Below the pieces are notes generated by a model. It did not search any database. It was not told the DNA's origin and worked only from the letters and a program-made list of their open reading frames with translations. From contig NZ_JBNMGD010000012.1 in assembly GCF_050872065.1 (NCBI RefSeq), positions 1 through 32,000 of the forward strand: a stretch of 32,000 bases of DNA, given 5' to 3'. The stretch comes from Methanobrevibacter sp. (GTDB lineage Archaea > Methanobacteriota > Methanobacteria > Methanobacteriales > Methanobacteriaceae). The position numbers and the translations under genes are program-made. Shown here in pieces: positions 23,653-32,000 of this stretch (its first letter is position 1; each line of letters opens with the position of its first letter).

Positions 23653-25473
23653 ATGTCAAGTATGAGTAGTGTTGCAGGATTGTCCAAATATATTAAAACC
23701 TTACCAAAAGCTAAGTTCTCAATAATAGGAATGCTTATTATCAGTTTTATCATTGGAAGTGCATATTATCTAATAGATTTGAATTCAGAAATTGGTATTT
23801 TTGAAAATATTATTGCAGGAGGACTCTTTGGCTTAACTGTATTTGGGATTTCATCCATCATGAGTGGAGCATTGAATCAACAAACAATCAGTATTGTTCA
23901 TGGAATTAACTTGAAAATCAAACACTCAATGTTTTTATCTGCTCTTTCAATGACCATACTTGGAATAATAATAATTATCGGAGGCATAATCTCTCAAATA
24001 TTACAACTAAACCTATTTTTAAACTCAATGCTATTTGGTTGTGTCTTGGTCTATGGATTCAACACATTAGTATTCTGGGCTACCTCCAAAGTTAGATTTA
24101 TGACCGCTGCATTTACTGGTTTAATTCAACCATTACTTATCTTAGCAATGTATACATTAGTTACATTTTTATTCATTGATACAAGCTTTTTAGGTCCTAT
24201 TATTTTACAGATTACCATAAAAGCAATAATTGCTGCAATAATATTCGTTATGGCAATATATGCATTTATCAAAGTTATTGCATCCCCATTTAAGAAGAAT
24301 TTGGGAATAGGTGTTTTGGATTTATTAAGTCTATTCATTGCTCATATGAATGAAGGCTCAAATTCTCTTGAAGGATTATTTGAAAACATGAGTGAGGCTA
24401 TTGATACAATTGTTACATTTGTTAGTTTTAAAACTGAAAAAGGAATAAAAGCATTATTCATATCACCTTCCGTTCATCCAGGACCATTAGGGGACCTTGG
24501 AGGATCAAATATGCCAACCATTTTAGCGAACAAATTTGATCATTTTACAATGGTTGCTCATGGACCATCTACACATGATTTTAACCCAATTGCAGTATCT
24601 GAAATTGATAAAGTTGAAAAATCCGTAAGAAAAGGATTAGAAAAAGTGGAATACTCTTCAAATGCAAGTAAATTTGTAAGGTATGCTTCTCAAAAAGCAA
24701 AAATTGGTGTTCAGTTATTTAATGAAGGTATGGTCATTTTATCAACTTTTGCTCCGGATGCAGTTGATGATATTGAATTTGGTGTGGGACTAACCATGAT
24801 GGCTCAAAGTAGAAACCATTGCAATGTTAAAGACTCAATAATTGTAGATTGTCATAATTCATTTACTCCTGAAAGCGGAGAAATTTTACCTGGAAATTCA
24901 GAAGTTTTCCAAATAATTGAAGTTATTGATACAATCAATCCAAACCAGGAAAAACACGAAGTAAAAGTAGGCTGCTATGAAGATACAATGGAAACTCTGG
25001 ATAAACATGAAGGTATTGGGGATAGTGGTATAAAAACAATGATTGTTGAAGTTGACAATCAAAGAACAGCATATGTTCTTTTTGACTCAAATAATATGGA
25101 AATGGGATTTAGACAAGAAATTATTGATGCTGTCAGTGATTTGGAAATAGATGAAATCGAAGTAATGACAACTGATACTCATACAGTAAATACACTTTCA
25201 AGAGGATATAATCCTGTTGGAATTTCAAAAAGACCAGAAATCATAGAGTATGTTAAAATAAGTATCAAAGAAGCAATAAAAGATTTAGAAAAAGTAGAAG
25301 TTGGAACTGGAACTGAAAAAATTGAAAATCTTAACACATTCGGACCAAAAAATTCAACTGAATTAATTTCAACAATCAGTTCAGTAGTTGCCGTGAGTAA
25401 AATTATAGCTCCAGTATTGTTGATTACAGCATTACTAATTGCATTTATATGGATATTCTTTGGTGGTTTATAA
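23653..25473 (+). CDS. Large membrane protein with a soluble C-terminal domain (DUF2070-like)
   Basis: 606 aa. About 7 N-terminal TM spans, a central soluble region (SPSVHPGPLGDLGGSN...HGPSTHDFNP...TTDTHTVNT) and one C-terminal TM span. The family assignment is from memory and unverified. Confidence 0.6.
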   Translation: MSSMSSVAGLSKYIKTLPKAKFSIIGMLIISFIIGSAYYLIDLNSEIGIFENIIAGGLFGLTVFGISSIMSGALNQQTISIVHGINLKIKHSMFLSALSMTILGIIIIIGGIISQILQLNLFLNSMLFGCVLVYGFNTLVFWATSKVRFMTAAFTGLIQPLLILAMYTLVTFLFIDTSFLGPIILQITIKAIIAAIIFVMAIYAFIKVIASPFKKNLGIGVLDLLSLFIAHMNEGSNSLEGLFENMSEAIDTIVTFVSFKTEKGIKALFISPSVHPGPLGDLGGSNMPTILANKFDHFTMVAHGPSTHDFNPIAVSEIDKVEKSVRKGLEKVEYSSNASKFVRYASQKAKIGVQLFNEGMVILSTFAPDAVDDIEFGVGLTMMAQSRNHCNVKDSIIVDCHNSFTPESGEILPGNSEVFQIIEVIDTINPNQEKHEVKVGCYEDTMETLDKHEGIGDSGIKTMIVEVDNQRTAYVLFDSNNMEMGFRQEIIDAVSDLEIDEIEVMTTDTHTVNTLSRGYNPVGISKRPEIIEYVKISIKEAIKDLEKVEVGTGTEKIENLNTFGPKNSTELISTISSVVAVSKIIAPVLLITALLIAFIWIFFGGL

Positions 25474-25740
25474 GTAGATGGTAAAAAGAGTATATGCTAT
25501 AACCCATACAAAATAGAATGGTGCGATTCCATCCCATAACCATTGGGAAAATCCAGAAATCTCATCGCCAGCCATTTTCTGACAAGCTTGGCCAATGAAA
25601 TACAATATGATTAATGCAATGAAGAATGCGAAAACATCATTTTTGAATCCAAACCAACCTAAAGTTAAACCAGCAGAAATAAGAGAAGCAAATAAAGCCG
25701 CAACAATATGAATACTTGTGATTTTAATAGTTGTGTCCAT
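25468..25740 (-). CDS. Small membrane protein (90 aa)
   Basis: GGAGGA RBS and three hydrophobic spans. Confidence 0.6.
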   Translation of the reverse strand: MDTTIKITSIHIVAALFASLISAGLTLGWFGFKNDVFAFFIALIILYFIGQACQKMAGDEISGFSQWLWDGIAPFYFVWVIAYTLFTIYL

Positions 25741-25824
25741 TGATATCCTCCGTTAAATTAAATATATTAATATAAATTTAGTAAGTTATAATATATTAAA
25801 GTATTGATAAAAAAGGTGTTAACA

Positions 25825-27831
25825 ATGAAATCCATGTCCAATGTAGACATTTATACAATAAGTGATGAGTTAAATAATTTATTAAGTGGTGCTAGAGTAG
25901 ATAAATCATTCCAACCTACAAATGATATTGTAGTAATGAGATTCCATGTTCCTGGGACTGGTAGAATCGATTTAGTAATGCAGTGCGGTTCTAGAATACA
26001 TACTAGTCAGTACCCTCTTGAAAATCCGACTACACCACCATCATTTCCCATGCTTTTAAGAAAAAGAATCAAAGGAGCGCATGTTGAAAGCATTAAACAA
26101 CATAATTTTGATCGTGTAATTGAAATTAAAGTTAAAAAAGATAAATATTACACAATAATTGTTGAATTATTTGATAAAGGAAATATAATTCTTTTAGATG
26201 ATAAAAATAATATCATCCAACCATTAAAAAGAAAACAGTTAAGTGCAAGAGATATCAGTTCTAAGCGAGAATACAAATTCCCCGAAGAGAGGGGAATGAA
26301 TCCTATCACAATTACTGAAGAAGAACTAAAGGAATTGTTTGAAAATACTGAAAGCGATGTTGTAAGAACACTTGCAATGAATGGACTTGGAAGTTTATAT
26401 GCAGAAGAAATTATTCAAAGAGCTAATAATGTTATTGAAATAGACAAAAATACACCAACATCACAATTAACCGACACACAAATTAAAGAAATCCATAAAA
26501 GTCTAAATGACTTGTTTAACAGTCTTAAAAACGGATTAATTAAACCACAAATTGTAAAAAAAGATTCAAAAGAAGATGTTGTTCCATTAGATCTTGTTAA
26601 ATATGCTGATTTTGAAAAAACTTCTTATAATACTTTCAATGAAGCCTGTGATGAATTTTATTCAAAAAAAGTAAACAGCAGCATAAAAAATGTAAAAGAA
26701 GCTGCATGGAATAAAAAAGTAAAGAAGTTTGAAAAAAGATTAAGTTTACAACAAGAAACACTTGATAATTTTACAAGAACCATTGAAGAAAGTCAACATA
26801 AAGGAGAAGTAATCTATTCTAATTACTCCACAATTGAAAACATCATAAATGTTGTAAACACTGCATGGAGTAACAACTACTCATTCAAGGAAATTGGTAA
26901 AACACTTAAAAAAGCTAAAAAAGATGGAATGGTAGAAGCTCAAATTTATGAATCAATTGATAAGATGGGTGTTTTAACACTTAATATAAATGATACAACA
27001 TTAAATATAAATCCTAAATTAACAATTCCTGAAAATGCTGAAATATACTATGAAAAAGCTAAAAAAGCAAAAAGAAAAACAAAAGGTGCGTTAATAGCTA
27101 TTGAAAATACTAAAAAACAACTTGAAGATATCAAGTCTAAAAAAGATATGGCAATGGAGCATGTTGCAGTACCTAAAAAAAGAGTTAAAAAAAATTTGAA
27201 ATGGTATGAAAAGCTTAGATGGTTCATTAGCTCTGATAACATATTAGTTGTTGGTGGACGTGATGCTAACAGTAATGAAATGGTTGTTAAAAAATATTTA
27301 GAACCAAATGACATATACTTACACGCAGATATACATGGTGCAAGTTCAACTGCAATAAAATTAAATGGTAATGAATTAAATGAGAATATCATTAAAGAAT
27401 CTGGAGAGTTTGCAGCAGCATTTTCATCTGCTTGGTCAATGGGCTTCACATCACAGGATGTATATTGGGTTCATCCGGACCAAGTTACAAAAACACCGGA
27501 AGCAGGGGAATTTTTAGCCAAAGGATCATTTGTAATAAGAGGTCATCGTAATTATATCAGAGGTGCAAGAGTAAAATTAGCTATTGGAATTGTTGACTAT
27601 GAAGGTAAAAGAATAATGGCAGGTCCAGTTGAATCACTTGAAGCACACTGTGATAATTATGTTGTATTAAAACCAGGATTTACAAAAAAAGAAGCAATAG
27701 CTAAAAAAATATTAAAGAAAATTAATGAAGATGATTTATTAACACTTGACGATATCATAAGAGTGTTACCATCCGGAAAATGTGATATCGACGAAGAATA
27801 TCATTTAAGAAAAAAATATGAGAAAAATTAA
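25825..27831 (+). CDS. NFACT-family (Rqc2/FbpA-like) ribosome quality-control protein
   Basis: N-terminal NFACT-N-like region, a central coiled coil, and the DUF814/NFACT-R block LRWFISSDNILVVGGRDANSNEMVVKKYLEPNDIYLHADIHGASSTAIK. ATG 25825 follows AAAGGTG. Confidence 0.85.
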   Translation: MKSMSNVDIYTISDELNNLLSGARVDKSFQPTNDIVVMRFHVPGTGRIDLVMQCGSRIHTSQYPLENPTTPPSFPMLLRKRIKGAHVESIKQHNFDRVIEIKVKKDKYYTIIVELFDKGNIILLDDKNNIIQPLKRKQLSARDISSKREYKFPEERGMNPITITEEELKELFENTESDVVRTLAMNGLGSLYAEEIIQRANNVIEIDKNTPTSQLTDTQIKEIHKSLNDLFNSLKNGLIKPQIVKKDSKEDVVPLDLVKYADFEKTSYNTFNEACDEFYSKKVNSSIKNVKEAAWNKKVKKFEKRLSLQQETLDNFTRTIEESQHKGEVIYSNYSTIENIINVVNTAWSNNYSFKEIGKTLKKAKKDGMVEAQIYESIDKMGVLTLNINDTTLNINPKLTIPENAEIYYEKAKKAKRKTKGALIAIENTKKQLEDIKSKKDMAMEHVAVPKKRVKKNLKWYEKLRWFISSDNILVVGGRDANSNEMVVKKYLEPNDIYLHADIHGASSTAIKLNGNELNENIIKESGEFAAAFSSAWSMGFTSQDVYWVHPDQVTKTPEAGEFLAKGSFVIRGHRNYIRGARVKLAIGIVDYEGKRIMAGPVESLEAHCDNYVVLKPGFTKKEAIAKKILKKINEDDLLTLDDIIRVLPSGKCDIDEEYHLRKKYEKN

Positions 27832-28547
27832 TCCTGATAATCTTCAGGATTATATTCAAAATATTCATTAGAATTCATAACCACAATATCAATATTAGGA
27901 TTAAATTGACTTACAAAATTAGCAAAAATTGCAGGATCCTGTTCTATTGCTGGAAATGTATTATAATGCATTGGAATAACCACTTTTGGGTTCATCCACA
28001 TAGAAGCTAATGCTGCTTCAAAAGGACCCATAGTGAATTTATCCCCAATAGGCACCATTACCACATCAGGTTTATATATTGCACCAATAACATCTTTCAT
28101 GTCACCAAATAATCCAGTATCACCACAGTGATATATTGTAGTCCCATCTTCAAAGGTTATTAAAAAGCTTGCAGCAGTTCCACCAGGAACAGTTTCCTCA
28201 ACAATATCAATATCAGAGGAATGTTTAGCCTCAAGCATGGTGAATTTAATATTTCTATAGATAAAAGAACCACCAATGTTAACACTAATGTTCCTAATTC
28301 CTTGTTTAGCTAAAAAAAGTGAAATTTCATGAATACATGCAATAGGAGCATTAGTAGTATTTGATATTTCTAAAGCATCACCAAAATGATCAGAATGCCC
28401 ATGAGTAAGTAAGATAATATCTGGATTTAATTCTTCTACAGGAACCTGACAAGCAGGATTATTACTAATGAAAGGATCTATTAAAATCCTAACATTATCA
28501 TCACTAATTATTTCAAATGCTGAATGACCTAACCATCTTATTTCCAT
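27828..28547 (-). CDS. Metallo-beta-lactamase-fold hydrolase (UPF0173 family)
   Basis: MEIRWLGHSAFEI...ILIDPF...ILLTHGHSDHFGDA (HxHxDH motif). Confidence 0.85.
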   Translation of the reverse strand: MEIRWLGHSAFEIISDDNVRILIDPFISNNPACQVPVEELNPDIILLTHGHSDHFGDALEISNTTNAPIACIHEISLFLAKQGIRNISVNIGGSFIYRNIKFTMLEAKHSSDIDIVEETVPGGTAASFLITFEDGTTIYHCGDTGLFGDMKDVIGAIYKPDVVMVPIGDKFTMGPFEAALASMWMNPKVVIPMHYNTFPAIEQDPAIFANFVSQFNPNIDIVVMNSNEYFEYNPEDYQD

Positions 28548-29698
28548 TACATAGACACTCCATTAGAACCAATAACAATATTTTCATCTAAATTAGATGC
28601 AATATTCCAAGTTTTTTCAAAACTGGCACGAATATTTGAAATAGAACTCCTATCATCATATATCGCACCATATTCCATATCCCTTTGGCCTTCAGAGATA
28701 ATCATAGCATAAGAATCATCAGTGATTAAATTAATTGTATGAACCTTAGGAACAGTCTTAATATGAACACCTTGTTTTAAAAGAGATGAAATTAAGAACA
28801 TGTAAGACATATCAGATGTATCAAATTCATTAATGATTATTCTTGAATAGCTTGTAGGAACATGAGATAAGAATCTGTCGGACAATACATTTAAAGAAGG
28901 AATTTCCAACATAATTTCTTTATTAATATGAACTGCTAATTGATCAAAAGCTTCCTGGGAAGTTATTACAGAATCATTACAGATTATATGACTATTAAGT
29001 GATTTTGGTATAGGTAAACTTTCAGGGTCATTAATATCAATTTTAATGTCTCTAGGTTGAGTAACTTCGCGAGCAGATAATGTAGGAATTTCATCTACTT
29101 TTTCAACTGGAGTTGGTTCTTCTAAAGCACGTTCAATTTCCTCTGTTTTATCATTTTCAACAATGATTGAAGGTGTTTCCTGTTCAAAATAATCAGATTG
29201 ACGTTTTTTAGGAGACCTAGTAACTTTTAATGGTCTCTCATAATTTGGAGTGAAAACTAATTTTTTATCCAAATCCAATTCTTTTTCTTGTCTTGGAACT
29301 GTTTTCAATACTTCCTTAGGATTATCTTCTAAAGAACGACTATAATATCCATTATTAGTAGATTCAGCATAATCTTCAAGGACTAAATCTTCATATTCCA
29401 CATCATCAAAATCATCATAATCATGACGAATTTTTAAAGGTCCCTCATTAGTGGAATTTTTCCTATCAAAACTTGAATTCCTTTCTCTAGACTCTAAAAA
29501 CTCTTTAATGTTATTTGCTGTCTTATTAGCATTAGATTCAACAAAATAACTAACAATCATAAATGCCCCAATGATTGCAATAAGTATAGCAACAATTAAT
29601 AAAATATCTAATAAATTATAGACCGTTGTCTCATAAGCCATGAGAACACCAATCACTAATAAAATAAAACCTGAAACTAATTTTATTGTATTTCCCAC
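28547..29698 (-). CDS. Membrane-anchored hypothetical protein (383 aa)
   Basis: GTG start after GGGTGA. Two N-terminal TM spans, an acidic low-complexity linker and a globular C-terminal domain of unknown family. Confidence 0.7.
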   Translation of the reverse strand: MGNTIKLVSGFILLVIGVLMAYETTVYNLLDILLIVAILIAIIGAFMIVSYFVESNANKTANNIKEFLESRERNSSFDRKNSTNEGPLKIRHDYDDFDDVEYEDLVLEDYAESTNNGYYSRSLEDNPKEVLKTVPRQEKELDLDKKLVFTPNYERPLKVTRSPKKRQSDYFEQETPSIIVENDKTEEIERALEEPTPVEKVDEIPTLSAREVTQPRDIKIDINDPESLPIPKSLNSHIICNDSVITSQEAFDQLAVHINKEIMLEIPSLNVLSDRFLSHVPTSYSRIIINEFDTSDMSYMFLISSLLKQGVHIKTVPKVHTINLITDDSYAMIISEGQRDMEYGAIYDDRSSISNIRASFEKTWNIASNLDENIVIGSNGVSM

Positions 29699-29892
29699 GT
29701 TTTCACCCTTATAAATTTTTAATCACTCTATTTTTAACTATTATATAATTATCTAAATAACTATTTATAAATCTAATGGAAAAAAACACGAAAATAGATA
29801 GATAAAGATTAAAAAAAGAAATTAGTATTACTTTTTTATAATATAGTAATATTAATATAGTAAAAAATCTAATTTAATACTGGTGAAAAAAC

Positions 29893-30099
29893 ATGAAGAA
29901 TATGAAACAACTCATCAAAGAAAATTCAGGACAAGGTGCAGCAGAATATATATTGCTTTTTGGAGGCGTTCTTGTAATTGCATTGCTTGCATTAACAATA
30001 TATAGATCATACATGGAAACAAGTGATGTCAGCCTAAAAGCTAAAGATGATATCATTGATGTTAGAAACACCATACTCGACAACCGCACCCATGTTTAG
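29893..30099 (+). CDS. Class III signal-peptide (archaeal type IV pilin-like) protein
   Basis: SGQGAAEYILLFGGVLVIALLAL is a prepilin-type G-Q-G/A-x-E motif followed by a hydrophobic helix. Confidence 0.7.
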   Translation: MKNMKQLIKENSGQGAAEYILLFGGVLVIALLALTIYRSYMETSDVSLKAKDDIIDVRNTILDNRTHV

Positions 30100-30274
30100 A
30101 AAAAAAATTGATAACAAAGGACAGGGAAGTGCTGAATTACTTTTAATCGTTGGCGGATTAATTGTTATTGTACTCCTTGTAGGAAGTTATATATCAAATA
30201 TAACCGAAAAATCACAAACAAATATACAAAATTTGCTAAAAACAGAAAGAAATTTTTTAATAAATAAAATATAA
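30092..30274 (+). CDS. Class III signal-peptide (archaeal type IV pilin-like) protein
   Basis: MFRKKIDNKGQGSAELLLIVGGLIVIVLLV. ATG 30092 overlaps the upstream stop by 8 nt (track ORF starts at 30047). Confidence 0.7.
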   Translation: MFRKKIDNKGQGSAELLLIVGGLIVIVLLVGSYISNITEKSQTNIQNLLKTERNFLINKI

Positions 30275-30291
30275 ATAGAGAGTAAACCTCT

Positions 30292-31299
30292 CTATTTTCC
30301 AACTAAAGTTGAATTTAAGATTTCATTCCAAGATTCAGAATGGATATTTTCTAAATTCAAACCAGTTCTTGTTAAAATTCTAATATTTTGTGAACATGCT
30401 TTTACACAAGCCCCACATAAATTACAGAAAGATAAATCAGTTACAGATTTTCCATCAACAATTGAAACTGCATTACATGGACAAACATCCATACAAGCAT
30501 GGCAAGAATCACCTTTACAGATTTTTTCTTCACTTTCAACCAATTCTAATTTTCCATCAAATGGTTTAGTTATATCAATTGCATCAACTGGACAAACTTC
30601 AGAACACCATGAACAGTATACGCATGAATTATCTAAAATCATTACGTTACCAGTAATTTCTGGAACTTCAATCTCCTCAATTAACATACAAGTAGAACAT
30701 ATTTGCTTAATAGCATTTTCAGGACAAATTCTCTTACAAATACCACAGAAAATACATTTAGAATCATCTACTTCAATAGACCAATTTAAATTACCATCAG
30801 AAGAAGGAATATTTTTAATTATAATTGCTTCAGCAGGACACATGTCTGCACAAAAAGAACAATATATACACTCATCTTTATTTATATCAATTTCCCCTCT
30901 GACTAAATCTACAGGATTTGGAAGTTTCCTTTCAAAGATTATTGCATCGCTAGGACATACATTGTGACATTTACCACAGTATATACATTCCCCATCATCA
31001 ACAGCAGTTCCTTTATTCCAGACAGGATAAGAATCCATGTTTTTAATATCTTCACCATCAACAAGCAAAGATAATGCATCAAATGGACAAGCAACTGAAC
31101 ATAATCCACAGAACACACAGGAATCTTTTTTAATAGAAACTAAATCCATTTCAATTAATCCACGAGCTACTGGAACTATAGGTCCTAATCTTAAAGAGGA
31201 AGTTGGACAAACATCCGCACAAATTCCACAACCAACACAATATCCATCATTATATGATAAACTACGGTGTTCTTCACCATCTCTTTCTATATTAAACAT
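30292..31299 (-). CDS. Polyferredoxin with eight [4Fe-4S]-type motifs (FwdF/MvhB-like)
   Basis: Eight CxxCxxCxxxC(P)-type motifs, including CVGCGICADVCP, CVFCGLCSVACP, CIYCGKCHNVCP, CIYCSFCADMCP, CIFCGICKRICP and CVYCSWCSEVCP, plus two variants. Confidence 0.85.
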   Translation of the reverse strand: MFNIERDGEEHRSLSYNDGYCVGCGICADVCPTSSLRLGPIVPVARGLIEMDLVSIKKDSCVFCGLCSVACPFDALSLLVDGEDIKNMDSYPVWNKGTAVDDGECIYCGKCHNVCPSDAIIFERKLPNPVDLVRGEIDINKDECIYCSFCADMCPAEAIIIKNIPSSDGNLNWSIEVDDSKCIFCGICKRICPENAIKQICSTCMLIEEIEVPEITGNVMILDNSCVYCSWCSEVCPVDAIDITKPFDGKLELVESEEKICKGDSCHACMDVCPCNAVSIVDGKSVTDLSFCNLCGACVKACSQNIRILTRTGLNLENIHSESWNEILNSTLVGK

Positions 31300-31308
31300 T
31301 TATATCCC

Positions 31309-31500
31309 TCATGCTTTAGATATAGCTTGATTTGGACAGTTTTGAATGCAGAGATCACAATCATCACAATTTTCAGGAACGATACATACATCGCCATCTT
31401 TTTCTATGATTGCACCTTGCTCACAAAGTTTAATGCATAATCCTTGTACAGGACAATCTTGAATATGTCCACATAAATCAGAATCAATTTTTACTGCCAT
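31309..31500 (-). CDS. Small ferredoxin-like 4Fe-4S protein
   Basis: 63 aa. CDDCDLCIQNCP plus an atypical N-terminal Cys cluster. Lies immediately upstream of the polyferredoxin. Confidence 0.75.
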   Translation of the reverse strand: MAVKIDSDLCGHIQDCPVQGLCIKLCEQGAIIEKDGDVCIVPENCDDCDLCIQNCPNQAISKA

Positions 31501-31587
31501 ATAATCACCTCAAAAATATACATAAAATAATTTATGTAATTAATTATTTATCGAACTGTATTAATAAACATATCGATATTTTTTGGA

Positions 31588-32000
31588 TTATTCAACAACA
31601 TTTCCCTCTTGATTAATCTCACCACGCCTAATTCGTGTGGAAGATATGGGAATTCCATCATAAGCTAGCACAAAACTTACTATGACAATATCGAGAGGTT
31701 CCATACCTTTAGAAACTCTAATTTTATTAATTTCAACTGCAGTAGGTTCAGTCTCCTCACTAACAACAATAGCTTCAAAATCATCATCATATATTGTAGT
31801 TCCATATGGATCATTTAATGGAATTACAACAAAATCTGATTTATCTGAAAAGAAGGCTTTAAGATTACTCATTCTTACTTTACAAGAATCAATATCTCCT
31901 TTTAACCCGCCAAAAGCATCAGAAGTAACACCAATCTCCACGTGGTCACCTAATTCAAAAGCAGCAGATAATAATTTTTTGTGCCCATCATGGAATTTAT
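31588..32000 (-). CDS. Archaeal-type phosphopantetheine adenylyltransferase (partial; the N-terminus lies beyond the window)
   Basis: The reverse strand at the window end encodes FHDGHKKLLSAAFELGDHVEIGVTSD... (the nucleotidyltransferase H-x-G-H motif), followed by ISSTRIRRGEI near the C-terminus. Confidence 0.7.
   Translation of the reverse strand, partial: KFHDGHKKLLSAAFELGDHVEIGVTSDAFGGLKGDIDSCKVRMSNLKAFFSDKSDFVVIPLNDPYGTTIYDDDFEAIVVSEETEPTAVEINKIRVSKGMEPLDIVIVSFVLAYDGIPISSTRIRRGEINQEGNVVE

Noticed and set aside
677-31330. Other short antisense ORFs in the track: 677-910, 1022-1246, 2319-2534, 8140-8391, 9166-9558, 10368-10897, 13062-13322, 13415-13621, 13920-14114, 19268-19480, 22696-22929, 24126-24338, 27048-27449, 29874-30089 and 31037-31330
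   Set aside because: Each lies entirely or mostly within a longer, family-assignable ORF on the opposite strand, and each lacks an RBS. They are treated as shadow ORFs.
30292-31500. Assigning the polyferredoxin pair specifically to a formylmethanofuran dehydrogenase (fwdF/fwdG) operon
   Set aside because: The eight-cluster count fits FwdF, but no other fwd or mvh subunit genes are adjacent in the window, so only the generic polyferredoxin call is supported.

Overview
AT-rich (about 25-30% G+C) archaeal chromosome segment. Gene content points to a Methanobacteriales-type methanogen: class III signal-peptide pilin-like genes, an 8-cluster polyferredoxin, archaeal-type PPAT, an NFACT/Rqc2 homologue, a UPF0173 hydrolase, a B12-radical SAM protein, and GGAGG/GGTGA ribosome-binding sites. 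From about 16.6 kb to the end the window looks like ordinary core genome. The left half (about 1.4-15 kb) is an accessory, defence-type island, and it holds the most interesting structure. A stand-alone cas2-cas1 pair and a 185-bp AT-rich leader are followed by six dispersed copies of one 37-nt hairpin repeat rather than a normal CRISPR array. Four copies are perfect and the two leader-distal copies are degenerate. The intervals between copies are 1109, 146, 9033, 422 and 1163 bp and contain whole genes or gene fragments. The intervals hold a compositionally foreign (about 42% G+C) two-gene block; a coiled-coil protein, a TIR/SEFIR-like protein and a tandem-RHH regulator; a Sau3AI-like R-M pair; a DUF2958-like gene; an ADP-ribosyltransferase-like gene fragment; and an Ntn-hydrolase. 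Two further repeat systems are nested inside. An 82-bp direct duplication (80/82) of the coiled-coil gene's 3' end brackets the TIR-like gene. A roughly 113-bp MITE-like element with 11-bp terminal inverted repeats brackets the R-M module. No cas effector, cas4 or cas6 gene is visible in the window. All family assignments come from motif recognition by eye and need database confirmation.
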